Shown here: positions 22,335 through 35,230 of the stretch, piece by piece | Position numbering within the stretch: position 1 is the first letter of the stretch | Layout: the number at the start of each line of letters is the position of its first letter | Source of the DNA: Paraphysomonas bandaiensis | Lineage: Eukaryota > Protista > Chrysophyceae | DNA length: 64,000 nt | NCBI GenBank assembly: GCA_965644295.1 | Contig: CBFFRP010000097.1 | Location: 186,001 to 250,000, forward strand | Reading direction: 5' to 3' | Program-made: the position numbers and the translations under genes | Notes under the pieces: model-generated | Seen by the model: the letters and a program-made list of their open reading frames with translations, nothing else | Databases searched by the model: none | What the model was told of the DNA's origin: nothing

Positions 22335-23686
22335 AACCAGTAACAATTAATTAGTGAGAGGTATCCAATTATAATAGTTGCAACTAGTAATCAAGTGAAT
22401 AAAGAATTGATCTTTATAATAGTAAAACAATGTTGTGATTATTAGAGTGTAAGTAATGAACACGATAGAGTGAAAATTATGAATAACAATATAGAACGTA
22501 CTATCATGCACAACGGAATAGTTAGAAGTGTAACTGATAATGACGACGTTATGATGACGATAACGTATCTTCGACAGATACTCTCTCTAATTCAGTTCAT
22601 GGTATATTTCATTGAACATTATAACTCACAGATACAATCATGTATTAAGCTGAATCCTAATAAAGTGTCCAATAATGAATTAATTAGTTGGCTATTATGA
22701 ACTAGATCTCCTCCCAAAGATGCCTACTTTCACGCAGAAACATCAACATTTCCAGGTGTCTATGAGTCACTCGCGAAAATCAGTCAGAACAATCATAGCT
22801 TTGCTATGAAAACATGAAAACCTTCATAAATATTGGTAGTGCTATACAACGATGTCGCGTAGGCAGGTTATTGCGTGCGCTTTCGGCTGCCTTTAAGTAA
22901 ACAAATGATCCTGCCTTCCTTATCATCTTTCTTTCCTTCGTCGAAGTCACCTTCGTCAGTAGATATAGTTTTCTTCTTCCATACCACCAAAATAGTAGAT
23001 AAACTGTTCTCTCTAAATCTGCATTTTCAGGAATTTCCGCGTGTGTACCCAGGTGAAATTTAATCGTCACAGTGTACCCGGACGGCAAGCTGTTCTTCTC
23101 TTCTTGATTGTAATAATTTACAGACTATATCAATCCTTTCTAAATTAGACAAACGAAACCTTTCACTGGCATGATCCACTCCTTTTTGGATTAATCACAC
23201 CCACGCAGATGAGTTTACAATTCCTTATGTTCTTTATTTTAGTAGCAGGTGGTAGTTTATTTTTGCATTTTTCAACTGGCGTATCGGTATGTGTATAGGT
23301 GGACTAGATTGCCACCATGTCGGAGTACCCGTCAGTTGCAGTAAATAAATAGGAACAAGCATTACTACTCCATTTGTGTTATACCCATACACTACCGGTA
23401 ATACATACGTAGCAACCTCCACGACCTACTATACTTGAATACTTCTGCAATCAGCTTCACACAACTATCATTAACAAGGATATACCCTATTTCTTCTTCG
23501 CTAATACAGCTATACAGAATACAGATTAAGATGATATATAATTAAACCAGCCAACTAATTGGTGAGAGATATCCAATTACAATAGTTGACATTTTTTTCA
23601 AACCAATTAATTTTATGGGCAATTCAACTAATTGGTAGATATTTCCTACTAAAAGAAAACCCATTAATTATTACGCAAGCCTGGTT
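22335..23686. mobile_element. Probable second decayed transposon-derived segment abutting the piggyBac-like element
   Basis: 33-bp direct repeat with 3 mismatches at 22348-22380 and 23556-23588, each preceded by AAACCAG. The right end resembles the CAGGG-type terminus at 5477. Only broken ORFs inside. Confidence 0.3.
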
Positions 23687-23962
23687 CAAGGTTTAATAAC
23701 CGCTGTAATTGTCGTGAGGAGCTAATATTTCGTATTCTATACTGTGCGTAGTGGAGAGTGAAAAAATAAGAGGCGAGTTATATATCTCTTCCTATCAAAT
23801 TACAAGTAACAAGCGAGAATAAACACTTACAACATATATTAAACGGTTATAACTATACAATAGTATAATAGCTAATCAACGCTCACAATTATCCTTTAGT
23901 AGCTGCTCTTAACGTCTCATTTAGCTGTTTCTTTCCTATTCTATTACTATTTTCCAACTGTA

Positions 23963-24779
23963 TCATTGATGATGACCATGGACTACGTGTCTATTCAGAG
24001 TATCATAGAGTGACACCCTTCCACCTTCCACACTTTCTTCCTCTTCTCGGCTACTGCACTCAGAGGGGCGCTCTGCTCTTCCTAGTCCCACCCGGCCTCT
24101 TGAATTGAGCCGAGTTTTATTTATCTCTAAGAACTGCTGAAGAGCAAATGATCGTTCCAGCACAGTTTCGATCTTAACCATAGCCCGTATGTATTCTTGC
24201 AGTGCTTGCCTCCGCCTTATAATAAAATCTTCGTCGAATCTATAAAATTATAAATGATGGCTGTGACTGAACTATAACATAATTAAAGCAACCTGTTCAT
24301 CCACCGACGGACAGAGAGCCAGCCTTTCCCAGGTAAAGAAGGTAACCAAGACGGATCCACCCAATCCTCTGCAAGTATTTTATTGTGAAACGCCACAAAG
24401 TCACTGTATCGACGTTTAAGAGTCCACGCGCGACCATTCTGCCATAGCTACAACACAATAAATGCAAAGTATTAGAATTTAAATACCATTACCTCAATAA
24501 CGTATTGCGTGTGTCCAAGTGTCTGAAACAAACCATGACTACAGTTAGATACCCATAAACAATACATACTCTAATATTTTTGTGTCTCGGAATGCTGACT
24601 GCTAACTGAACTTGTTGAGGTTCAGCAGTTCCATCTGCCCATGTTACTGTTCGTCTTAATGTAGATTTCCTGGAACTCCCGGTGTCAATAGTACTATCAT
24701 CAGCAGCAAATGGAGGGGCCGGCTTGCTTGTGCTAAACTCATGTGGTTGGCTCGATGAACTACATTCAGAATCTGCCAT
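23963..24779 (-). CDS. PX (phox homology) domain protein, 4 exons
   Basis: Spliced product reads GHTQYVIE/LWQNGRAWTLKRRYSDFVAFHNKI...LPSLPGKGW.../FDEDFIIRRRQALQEYI...LQQFL, the canonical PX RRYSDF, PxLPxK and RRxxL motifs. Confidence 0.85.
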
Positions 24780-24916
24780 AGCTACGTAACACAGTCCGTG
24801 TCAGGCTGTCATATTTTCGTCAAAAACATAATTAAATTCGTAAACTTTATGCAAAATATGACTTTAAAGACTATGCTAGAAATACGTTCATGTCTACTGC
24901 AGATAAATGCAGAACG

Positions 24917-25120
24917 GTATGTATGTATGTATGTATGTATGTATGTATGTATGTATGTATGTATGTATGTATGTATGTATGTATGTATGTATGTATGTAT
25001 GTATGTATGTATGTATGTATGTATGTATGTATGTATGTATGTATGTATGTATGTATGTATGTATGTATGTATGTATGTATGTATGTATGTATGTATGTAT
25101 GTATGTATGTATGTATGTAT
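24917..25120. repeat. (GTAT)n microsatellite, about 51 perfect units
   Basis: Directly visible; source of the spurious MYVC/YIHT ORFs. Confidence 0.98.
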
Positions 25121-26779
25121 TCTGGTACGAAATGGTCACCGTATAGCAGTGAATACTGTCGTTGTCTACATCCATGTCGTTTGTGTTGGTAGAACAAGAA
25201 GATCTTAACAAGATTACGACAACACCCCACTAACTGATAGCTATGTCTTATTAACTGTGTTCGAATGAAGTTATTTATGTCAGAGCACAGGAGAAGTTAT
25301 GCCTTTTATTAACGTTATGGTTGAATACATCTATCGGAAATACAAAGAGATATCACAGCTTTAAAGAGACACCTTGTATCATGCTATACATGATTGCATC
25401 GTTTCTTTGTATCACCCGATTATTCTTCACCCATGAAGACGCTCACAAGCCCTACATTGATCCTATTTTTGTACTATTGAATAGGAGCAGCTTCAGGATC
25501 ATAAATTACTGCTATAATTTTCGCCAAGTCCCAAGAGATACTTTCCGATATCTTGTTATGGCAACTTGTGATTATGATTGTGTCTGTGGTCTGGAATCGT
25601 CTCACAATAGTGTAATATTGAAAGATGCCGGGTAAATAATATTTAGATGATGCTGGGTATGTCAATTTCACAAACGAATTAATTCCATATCACGGTGTGA
25701 TATACAATGTGTCGGAGTGGATAGAATCCGATCAATGCCCCCTAAAGAAGACATATTTAAAAATCCAATTTTCTATTCTAGTGCAAATATACCTCTACCC
25801 ATTTTGCCTTCAGTGTTGTCTTGTCATGTGTGCCTCCATGCATGTGACGTAGATCCTGCTTGTAGATCGAACTGCGAATCAATTATTTACGTGGTGTGAT
25901 AGGATTGCACCAACAATGTGGCAATCTTGTTATGTGAATAACAAATAAAGAAATAGTCATGTGAACAACAAAGTGAGAATGTCTTTTTCAATACAGAACG
26001 GTATATAATTCAGTGTTAGCATTCAGCCTACAACACTTCTAAAGAAAAAATATCATATAGAGAGCTTTGTAAAGTGTTGTTACTATATACTACAATATGA
26101 TATGCATTAGCACTGATCGCTTCATACTGTTGTGTTTTGCTGTTGCGTTGAGAGCAATTCGACGGTATTTGAATTACGATCGTAACAAGAAGGATACAGA
26201 ATGCTGTAGTGATTTAGAGTATAGTATGTACGATTGAGATGATAGGGATAATAGGATTAATTTTAATATATTAAATGTATATATGAACTGTATATATTAA
26301 CTCGTCTCTATACAAAATCAGTTAGATTGATCGTAATTTATAATTCAAGCATTCATAAAATTTAGCTTTAACGCTTAAACCAACCTAACATGCCCATTTC
26401 TGATACATACGCAGTAGTGTAAATAGTGAGACCCTTAACTGGTAGACAATTTCATTATATTATAAATTATAAATAACTGGTGGTAGTGCGTAGTAGTTTG
26501 TTGTTTGTTCCTGCTGTTTGCACTCTACCTGTACTGTTTTATGTATTATATATTATATAGGACAGCACTACTATGTCAAACACAACACAAACGCATGCTA
26601 TGTTTGGTGCCCTTTACAGTTGGCCGCACAACATAGAACATGTAAAATAGAAACTTAATTTGCTACTACTCTGAGCCGCACTGACTACTCAGTTAATAAT
26701 AAAAACGTATTGGCCACAAGCGCCAATAAAAATATACAATTGTATGTGCAACACATCATATAGTTATACAAAACAATGT

Positions 26780-28894
26780 TCAATAAGCAGGAGGATCTTT
26801 CCCTGAAATCATAATATTTGGTGTCAATATTGGTTGCACGGTTCTCCCTAATTCGACTGTGCCACTATGCTGTCTATCACTGTGAAGTACATTACTAACT
26901 TCGCTTATACTACTTGTTTCGCTGGCTATATCGTGCAATTCCTCGTCCTCATTTAACCTAATAGAAATATAGATTATATTAACAATGATAAGAAGCTACA
27001 GGTGACCTGACAAAGTCTTGTCGACGGATTACTGTATCATCTGACTTCCCAGTAAAAAGATACCGAACTAAGCGTTGTATAGGGGTCACAAATCGTGCTC
27101 TTAAAGAGGTTTCTTCACCCCTGGGTCCACGCACTTGAGTCAACAAGATTACCTAAAAGATAAAGAATCTACCTGACGCTGGCAGAACTGTCATCAATAC
27201 TTTGCTCGCAATCTCGCAAAGTTAATGCAATCTCAGCGTTACGAATCAAACCTATTCCTCTAACTTATAATTCGTAAGCACATATGGAATGCAGATACCG
27301 TCAGAATCCAGGTCCAATCGATCGAAGGTCCTACAGGCCATGAGAATATCCTGCAATTGATTATATACAAGTAAAGTAAATTTATTCATTTGCATGTGTC
27401 GAACCTTGTTGGAAATTTTACCCATCATATGCAGAAGCCCTACTACAAACTCAATCTGAACATCGATTAAAGAAAGAGGACTCACTACAGCGAAGGAGCT
27501 ATTACCTTAGATGTCTCGTCCTTCGGTGTGGCTTTAAGGCGGGGGTTTGTCTCGAAGAATTCGCTATCGCTGATTCGAGATAGAGACTGCCAATACACCA
27601 TTGTTGTCAAACAGTGAAATTATCTGTGGAAGTACTGACCGCAGCAGAGAGGTGCTCGTCGAACTGATTCATAACAGTACGCTCATTCCGCTTATATCGC
27701 ATAGCAATAGGAAACTACAATGATTGATATCAATAAGGACTGAAATATGCAAATTTCTCAAATCAGACCTTGACAAGCTCGGTCCATGCCACAGTCATGA
27801 GGACACAACCCACTGAACAGAGTTTTAGGTTGAAGGAAAGTATAAAAATATTATTTATGACGAACCAACGCAGTAAATGATTGTAAACCCCTTTCCAGCT
27901 GAAGTTTCCGGTGCAATATCGCCGTACCCCACTACATACATGATAGCAGGCTCAGCAAGTCATACATAAATTTCTTGTAGTGCACGTCACATGTAAACAC
28001 CTGTAGTTATTGTAACACAAGCCCAGTAAAACGAATCTACAGCATGCCACCCTTCTACAAAGTGCATAACCACAGAGCCAACAACCAGTAATATCAACAC
28101 CAGGAACGCAGAGGAGATAGCATTGCGACGCAGTTGCTGTACACGGGATGCCGTTGTCAATATCAATGAATCAGTTACAGTATGAATTACGTACCTCAAA
28201 GTCGTCATCAAAAGATTGGAGATGTATCCTCTTGACGTGCTCGACAGACATATCTTCATCCTGTTCAGACATCTCCACCGTGTCATATGGCAATACAACT
28301 TCTTTATCCATCGCTTTGGCAGATTGAAGGCGACTTGTCCCATTAACCACAGACACAGCGCTTGTATCGTATTCAGTATTGGCACTCCCAGTGCTCGCCG
28401 GCGGGAAGAGTTTCTTCTTGATGTGGTTAAACGCTGATATTCTAATTGCAGATATCTTGTCCATAAAAGTGAGTATTCTAGTACGGTGCATTGCTCGCAT
28501 TCTCTGATCATTGTCGATAATTATTTCTCCCATAATTACCATAAAATAACCGATGAGAATAAGACCAAGCAGTATGAAGAAACATGTAAATAGCTTTGAA
28601 GCATTAGTTTCTACAAATGAGCATATTACATCTATATATATATGGTGATCTCTTACTCGGAACAAACTCGCCGTATCTGAAACAGAACTTGTAAGAATCA
28701 TTACACTAAATATCAAAAACTTACCCTACAGTAGTGAAGGTTACCACCGCAAAATAAAGAGAATCAAGAAAAGAAAAATGATCTCGAATAAAATGAAAAT
28801 AAGATACGCCAATAAGGACATAAACCACAAATAAGAATATGATGTGTGGTATTTTGGATGTTGATTTATTGAGCTCTCGAACAGTTAGAACCAT
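26780..28894 (-). CDS. Two-pore-domain potassium channel (TPK/KCO-like) with C-terminal EF-hand, multi-exon
   Basis: Pore 1 FLDSLYFAVVTFTTVG/YGEFVP; pore 2 VDSFYWACVTITT/VGYGDIAP; four TM helices; EF-hand-like FDRLDLDSDG. Start and end are approximate. Confidence 0.85.
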
Positions 28895-29455
28895 TATAAC
28901 AATCAGGTGAGAATTCACAGACTATGTTAATCACCTCACCAGTAGAATACTTGGACCATATAATAATAGGTTTCAGTTAAACTACACTATAATTGTGACA
29001 CAGTTAGAGTGCGTTAATCTATAAGCCAAAATTTTAAACAACCCTATCTTGAAATAGCTTATCACTTTACTTGTCAACTGACCAATAATATACCCATCTT
29101 TGTGAATACGGCAGTGTCATTCGTTAATTAGTTACCTATAAAAAATGTTCTTTGAGGCGATTTGATGGTTCTTTGTATACAATATACGGGCAACAGTCCG
29201 GCTTCCAGTGTCTCATATCACCGTATATTTTTTTATTCGCTCAGATCATATACATACACACTGCTGTTCACACTGCTGTACATGGAGAGTACATGCATAC
29301 ATCACAACATATCACTCACCTGGTTCAGTATATTAATAAGAGTGATTTGTTTGTAATTAGTTATCATCTCTGGCTATATCTCGGTCTTATTGCTCTTCAC
29401 AACATATTCAAGTGTGTCCTGTAGCTGTTAGTAGATTAGAGCTGTCTATAGCACT

Positions 29456-29889
29456 ATGAACACACGAAATAATTATGGCAGTACAACCAGTAAAGCAGAA
29501 ACAATGACCATTTTGGAGGATAGTTCTCGACTGACACACGAAAACGAAGAACTTGGTCGGAATTGTATCTAATTAATGTTTGTTTTTCATTTTATTTGTA
29601 GCGTCAAACGTTATGGGCTCAATGAGCAGGCAACGGGCACAGTTGAAAGAAATAGATGGTAATGTAAGTTATATTTACACCATTTTTCATCCATTGTGAT
29701 TCACGTTGTCGTATTCGTTAGTTGGGCGCTATGACTTCATTGTCATCTTCAGCTAGTGTTACACTAAGAAGTATGCAAGACAAAGCTTTCAGTAAGAAGA
29801 TGTGGCTATACTTTATAATGATATTGTTGTTAGTCGTGAACTTATTTTTAATTATTCGGATGTTTCGTAATCATGGTAGTTTGTATTGA
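29456..29889 (+). CDS. Small tail-anchored SNARE (Qb/Vti1-like SNARE motif plus TM, about 110 aa), absent from the ORF track
   Basis: Exons 29456-29555, 29602-29663, 29722-29889 (GT-AG) give ...ILEDSSRLTHENEELASNVMGSMSRQRAQLKEIDGNLGAMTSLSSSASVTLRSMQDKAFSKKMWLYFIMILLLVVNLFLII...; heptad coiled coil with central Q and a C-terminal TM. Confidence 0.7.
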
Positions 29890-30183
29890 TGTACCTCGTA
29901 ATCGTAAAATAAATCAGATATAGTAGTAACTGTTACCTTCATTTCTTGTGAGCTGATGGAGCAGAGAATTTGTTGCAACTATGAGATGACTACAACGTGG
30001 TTGATATATAGAATATTCTATTGCTAAGAGCACTTGTCGTTATATTTTTTGTAAACTAGCGTATTTATAGTGTTTACCAGAGATCCATAATGTTCGTAGT
30101 AGCACTTACAAAATATAGTGGTACTAATCAAATCAAACAAGTATACCTCAAATGACAAATAGCGGTATTATATTCTTAACCCA

Positions 30184-32199
30184 TTAGAGTGATTCACTTA
30201 ATAAATCTTCACTATCTTTAACACAAAGCCCATGCCTTCCCCTCATATACCACCAAGTACCCACGACAAATATTAAAATGAAGCCTATACTGGCACCTAT
30301 TGCAATCAGAACTATTTTCGTATCCGAAAGGCTAGATTCATCATTGTTGTGTTTATTCTTGTCATAAACGTTGATTGGAGTACTCTCATACGAAGTGATG
30401 TTGGCATCTCGAAGTTGCCAAGTGTTCACGCTCTGAAATGTACACGAGCAGGTCGATTGCGCCGGACATTTTGTAAATAGCTGGACGTTAGTAGAAGTAG
30501 AAGGGGAGGCAGGATAGACTCTCCGCGTTGATGCGCGAGCACCATTGGCAATGAAACTTTCTATCACGCTATGGTCTACTAACACTCGGAGTTCTAAATT
30601 TCCTTCAGCATCCACGTGCACAGATGTTCCGGTGCCGACAGGGTAGGTACTGCTCAATGTGCGGTTCACAGCAGCTGATATGTTAGAACAAGAGTTTGAA
30701 GGATCTACGAATAGAAGAGCGTAACCGGCTGCTCCATCAGGACTGTTCTCACCACTGGCAGTTACGAACTGAACTCCTACTTCTGTGTACTCGTGCGTCT
30801 CCTGCCCAGATAAGTCATCTGAGGTTCCAGAAAAGTCAACAGAAGAGAGGACACGAATCCCACACGAATCTCCCACGCGCATGTCCCCCACTGCAATTCG
30901 AACGGTAATTTCCAACTGATTCCCAACAGTGCTGGGTAGAACTGTGAATGCCGTATTTATCGTATCGTTCGATGAACTAGAAACATTTATCGCAGGATAG
31001 CTTACATGACTGCTGTCTATGCGCAGGCTATCTACGGCGGATTGAAGTGGTGGAGTACGCAGGTACCACGGCCCGTTTACCTCCTCTACGTACGCTTGCA
31101 TGACCCTTGGGAGGGACATAGCTCCGGCCCATCCGTATGGATCCCCACTGCCATCAACCGGCCGCTCCTCTGGTAGCCAGCCCCACAACACCCGCCCCAC
31201 AGAGGGCACATAATATGTCTTGGAAGCGTAAAAAGTTCCTACATCAAGAGCAACTAGAGTACTTCGGTTCATAGCGGAGTTCCATTGATCACTGTTCACA
31301 TCATAGCCACTAATGTCGCCACCAGTAGAATTTAGAGGTGTATATTTACCAGTGAGGTAGTAGTCTCTGGGGGAAACTCCCCATGGCTGGGAGTAGGATG
31401 GCCCTGGTCCAATAGAATACTTTAACACCCATGTAGTATCGTCGTCAGTGCCATTCAACGGGAATAAATCAGGACACTCCCACATAACCGCACCGGCTGT
31501 GTCTGTTAGAATATATCCATCATTCCGCCACTCTGACCAGGAGCCTGGTTCTTGAGATCCAGAAGCATTATATACTGATGAAAATACCACTACACCGCTT
31601 TCACCACTACAAGGGCAACCATCTGATTTTTGAGTAGCGTAGGCCATGCACCATCTATTCTCACCAGAAGTACCACAGGGATAAGCTTCAGTTGGGTCCC
31701 TTCCCGGTGGAATACTGGCGCTTTCATTTGGAGAGTATATGACTGGGTTAGATTCATACCATGTCCAGTTCACGTATTTGGGGTCAGACATATTAGTCGG
31801 ATACGCTAATAACTGCATATCATTGGTAGGGACTGAGGCAGAGAGCCACGGTACACCAGGACTATTGCCCTGGGGAAGCCATGTAGCTGATCCGGAGTAA
31901 ACACCGGGAATAGAGCCATCGACCTGTGTGTACCACACATCAGTGTAATTTAAGGCGGTTGGGAGAATTTCCCAATCTACGAGGTCGCTTGATACGGCAT
32001 GTCCCCAAACTCTTGGTGTGAGATACTGGTAGAAGAGATGGTGTAATCCAGTAGAAGTGTCAAAAAAAGGTCCATTAGGATCATTCATCCAATTCGATTC
32101 TGGTATGAAATGAAACTTTGGTTTATTTTCATCGACAGATAACGCAACACAAGATAAAAACATACACACATGTTTGATGCTATGCAATAAAGAGGGCAT
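30184..32199 (-). CDS. GH32 beta-fructofuranosidase/invertase with signal peptide and C-terminal transmembrane anchor
   Basis: WMNDPNG, WGHAVS, SGSA, RDP, WECPD, FYASKT and beta-sandwich VDHSVIESF. TM IVLIAIGASIGFILIFVVGTWWY. Intronless, 671 aa. Confidence 0.92.
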   Translation of the reverse strand: MPSLLHSIKHVCMFLSCVALSVDENKPKFHFIPESNWMNDPNGPFFDTSTGLHHLFYQYLTPRVWGHAVSSDLVDWEILPTALNYTDVWYTQVDGSIPGVYSGSATWLPQGNSPGVPWLSASVPTNDMQLLAYPTNMSDPKYVNWTWYESNPVIYSPNESASIPPGRDPTEAYPCGTSGENRWCMAYATQKSDGCPCSGESGVVVFSSVYNASGSQEPGSWSEWRNDGYILTDTAGAVMWECPDLFPLNGTDDDTTWVLKYSIGPGPSYSQPWGVSPRDYYLTGKYTPLNSTGGDISGYDVNSDQWNSAMNRSTLVALDVGTFYASKTYYVPSVGRVLWGWLPEERPVDGSGDPYGWAGAMSLPRVMQAYVEEVNGPWYLRTPPLQSAVDSLRIDSSHVSYPAINVSSSSNDTINTAFTVLPSTVGNQLEITVRIAVGDMRVGDSCGIRVLSSVDFSGTSDDLSGQETHEYTEVGVQFVTASGENSPDGAAGYALLFVDPSNSCSNISAAVNRTLSSTYPVGTGTSVHVDAEGNLELRVLVDHSVIESFIANGARASTRRVYPASPSTSTNVQLFTKCPAQSTCSCTFQSVNTWQLRDANITSYESTPINVYDKNKHNNDESSLSDTKIVLIAIGASIGFILIFVVGTWWYMRGRHGLCVKDSEDLLSESL

Positions 32200-32571
32200 G
32201 ACAATCTCAGTATACTCTCGAAGGGTTGGTAATAAACAAAATAGGCGATATAATAAGTAGCAAGATCCTCTCGGAAGGGCATAATGATATGCAATTGCAA
32301 GAAAAGCGGCTATCGTGGGGTCTAAATATCAGTAATATTCAGACTGGAATACTACAATATCGTAGTAATATTTAATACTCGACATGCAGAAACCAGCACT
32401 TCTCAGTGCTTGACCAGTGTAAAAATCAGCTTTTTCGAATTAAGTAAACTCTGCGAATCCGTATTCTGTCGCTCATATGTGTATTTGCAACACATGCATA
32501 TTGTACATACACAGCAGTACAGTAGAATGTATATATGCAGAATACAGAATATATGTACCTACACACAGACG

Positions 32572-32706
32572 TACATACATACATACATACATACATACAT
32601 ACATACATACATACATACATACATACATACATACATACATACATACATACATACATACATACATACATACATACATACATACATACATACATACATACAT
32701 ACATAC
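32572..32706. repeat. (TACA)n microsatellite, about 33 units
   Basis: Directly visible perfect array. Confidence 0.98.
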
Positions 32707-32849
32707 CAGTGCTTGGGATGGTGGAGTGGCTGTGTGGTGTATTGTTAATTGTTATATACACTAACCTCTAGTCGAGAGCACATAAATTTATACTCTCGAT
32801 ATATAATTACAACTGTGAAGTTGGCCTGCATTGAGAGTGTCTTTGCACC

Positions 32850-33865
32850 ATGTTCTCTCGCGGTTTACTGGTTCGAAATATATTAAAGGTTGAGCCCCAC
32901 CTCGGCGTATGTCGTATCGCCGTTGCGAACTTCAGCAATACGTCAAAGTTTCCTATTAAGCAAAAGAGGAAATTTTATGGCGTTAGAGACCCTAGGTTGC
33001 CTAAGCCTGATGCCCCTCCTACTGAGATGCCATTGGATATTGATGAGTTCATTAGAAATATTGACACCACACTTACTCCTGAACAGCAAGCTAGAGTGGA
33101 TAAAATAAAGCAATCATTTGCAGGACCGAAAGCAAAGAGATGTAAAAACTAAACGTCTAATATTAAGCGTAATTTAATTGGGTTTGTAGCGCTTTATCGT
33201 GATGTGGCGACCCCTAATGAAATGGCCAAGGTAACAACAAACTGTCACTGCGTATTTTCCATAGTAATATGCACTACTCCCAGCTCGAGTATGACGGCTT
33301 TCCAGCTAAAACAACTGAGAATGCACAAAAACTTATAGACTATGCATTGAGTTTTCTTCCTGAAAGTAAGTTATAACAATATTATATTTAATATCGACAC
33401 CAATGTTTTTTATTGTTGAGTGGATACCGTATTTCTTTTGATATATCTCCCTGGAATTTGCAAATGCTGTGCTCTTGTGTAATATTCATACAGAGGCTGG
33501 CCCTAGACGATCTCGACACAAGAAACGCATGGAGAAAAGGATGCAACAGATGAGGGTCTGTTAGTATATTTAATGATGTTTTCCCTAACATTTGATTGAA
33601 CAGGGTGATCACAAGCGAAGAAAGATACAAACCAAGGCTGCTATTGCCAAAAAACGGGTATACACATATCATTTACATATTGTTGTTTAACTTTTACACG
33701 TGGACCGAATAGGAGAAATTTTTAAAGCAGGCAGCATTGGTGAAGCAGTACAAATTGCAGGCGGGAATTCACGTACCCGAGAAATTCTTCGAACCGAAGT
33801 TTAAGACCTGGAAGGAACGAAGGGAGGCAGAAGCAGCACAAAAAGCAGCGCAGAAAGCTAGCTAG
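32850..33865 (+). CDS. Basic protein of unknown function with mitochondrial-type presequence, about 6 exons
   Basis: MFSRGLLVRNILK...RIAVANFS presequence-like start. GT-AG joined exons give AGPRRSRHKKRMEKRMQQMR...KRRKIQTKAAIAKKR...KERREAEAAQKAAQKAS*. The K/R richness is compatible with a mitoribosomal protein (unverified). Confidence 0.6.
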
Positions 33866-34339
33866 ATCATGCAATATTAATCTCGTAACTGATGCGTACT
33901 GTATTTTTGTGCTCATGAGGTTTGAATGCAGTTCTTAAGTAAGCATGTGGTTTGGAAAACATATTGAATTGTTCGTACAGTTTACTTATCTTGAGTAGCA
34001 ACAATTACTAATTTCAAAATATATACTACAATAATATACTATGAAGCGACAATAGCGTAATTAGTTTCCTCATAATAGTAGTGAAGACATGAAGACTGCT
34101 TGTAGTTGAGCAAGGGATAAGGACATCTTTCAACGGGTCATGCATTGTACGGAAGTGAGAGGTAGATTTGGCGAGGCCATCAGATCGGTAAATGTACAAA
34201 TAATCGAGGATCAGTAATGTGGATGGAATGAGAGCATGAATGAAATTCTTCTTATCTAAGACCTGATAGTATTGATTGGTAGAGAGAATATTATTGTAGC
34301 ATTGACCCCAACAAGACCACATGCACTGATAGTGGCTAC

Positions 34340-35230
34340 CAGCTAGATTATTTAAAGTGCATGTTCCTTGTTGTTGGCTGCACCCATGATTCTATCACTC
34401 AAATACGAGAATCAGCTGAAAGACTTCACACCTTACGGGGCGAGACACTACCGCCTTGGATCACCCCAGTATCTAAGATCATCTCCAGTAAAGCGTGGGG
34501 CTCATCCCTCTCTTAGGTTGAAAGCTTCTGGACAGGCAACTCAACTCGAAGCAGTCTGTGGCTCACATATCCACTGCAGTCTGACCTCGCGTGGAGTACG
34601 CACTCATGACAATACGGTGGTTAGTATACTTCAACCACTATTTTCAGCAGCCAAACAGATTCTCCAAAATTGCAGCCAACGCTACGCTGATTCCTCGAGG
34701 GTTCCACACGTGCTTCCTCCTAAAACATGTAGTAAGCCGCGAATCCGGCAAAGACGACCGCCGGTCCCCCGACTTGTAGGAGTGAAAAATTTATATATTC
34801 AACTTCTCCCTACTAGGTCAACAGCTCCCTCCATAAGTCCACCTTTAACTATCACCACACAACCCATTAGTCCCCACTTCTGACCCAATTGTCTCTAAGC
34901 AGAGAATCTCAGCTGGGCGAATGACCACTTTCTGTACACTTTTAATACTTTCACGCCCCACACAGGCGAACCCCACCAGCTATCTTTTCCTCGGAACGCT
35001 ATCCTCCCATCTACATAACTCTGATCCTCCCTCAAGCTTCGCTGACCCATACCCCCTGATTAACCACACCTCTTGACAATGAAAGACTATCATCAGTGGG
35101 CAGTTCTCACACTTACTTAAAGACTCATCACAATCCTGATGTGAGGTATACAGCTTGCTCACTGCATTTGCTTTGAGCGATAGAGCAAAAGTAGTTGCAC
35201 CTCGGAGTGTAAACAACATTTTTCTTGTAA
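34340..35230 (+). pseudogene. Decayed retroelement-like coding relic (possibly DIRS/Ngaro tyrosine recombinase)
   Basis: GC-richer, stop/frameshift-broken frames with ENLSWANDHFLYTFNTFTPHTGEPHQLSFPRN and ...LLTAFALSDRAKVVA, loosely like retroelement tyrosine recombinases; followed by a direct repeat. Catalytic motifs are not cleanly visible. Confidence 0.25.

Noticed and set aside
24798-25230. ORFs encoding (MYVC)n / (YIHT)n, also at 32410-32771
   Set aside because: Translations of stop-free tetranucleotide microsatellites, not genes.
25300-25920. Coding-like stretch with short ORFs
   Set aside because: Multiple stops and no assignable family; possibly decayed TE but unsupported.
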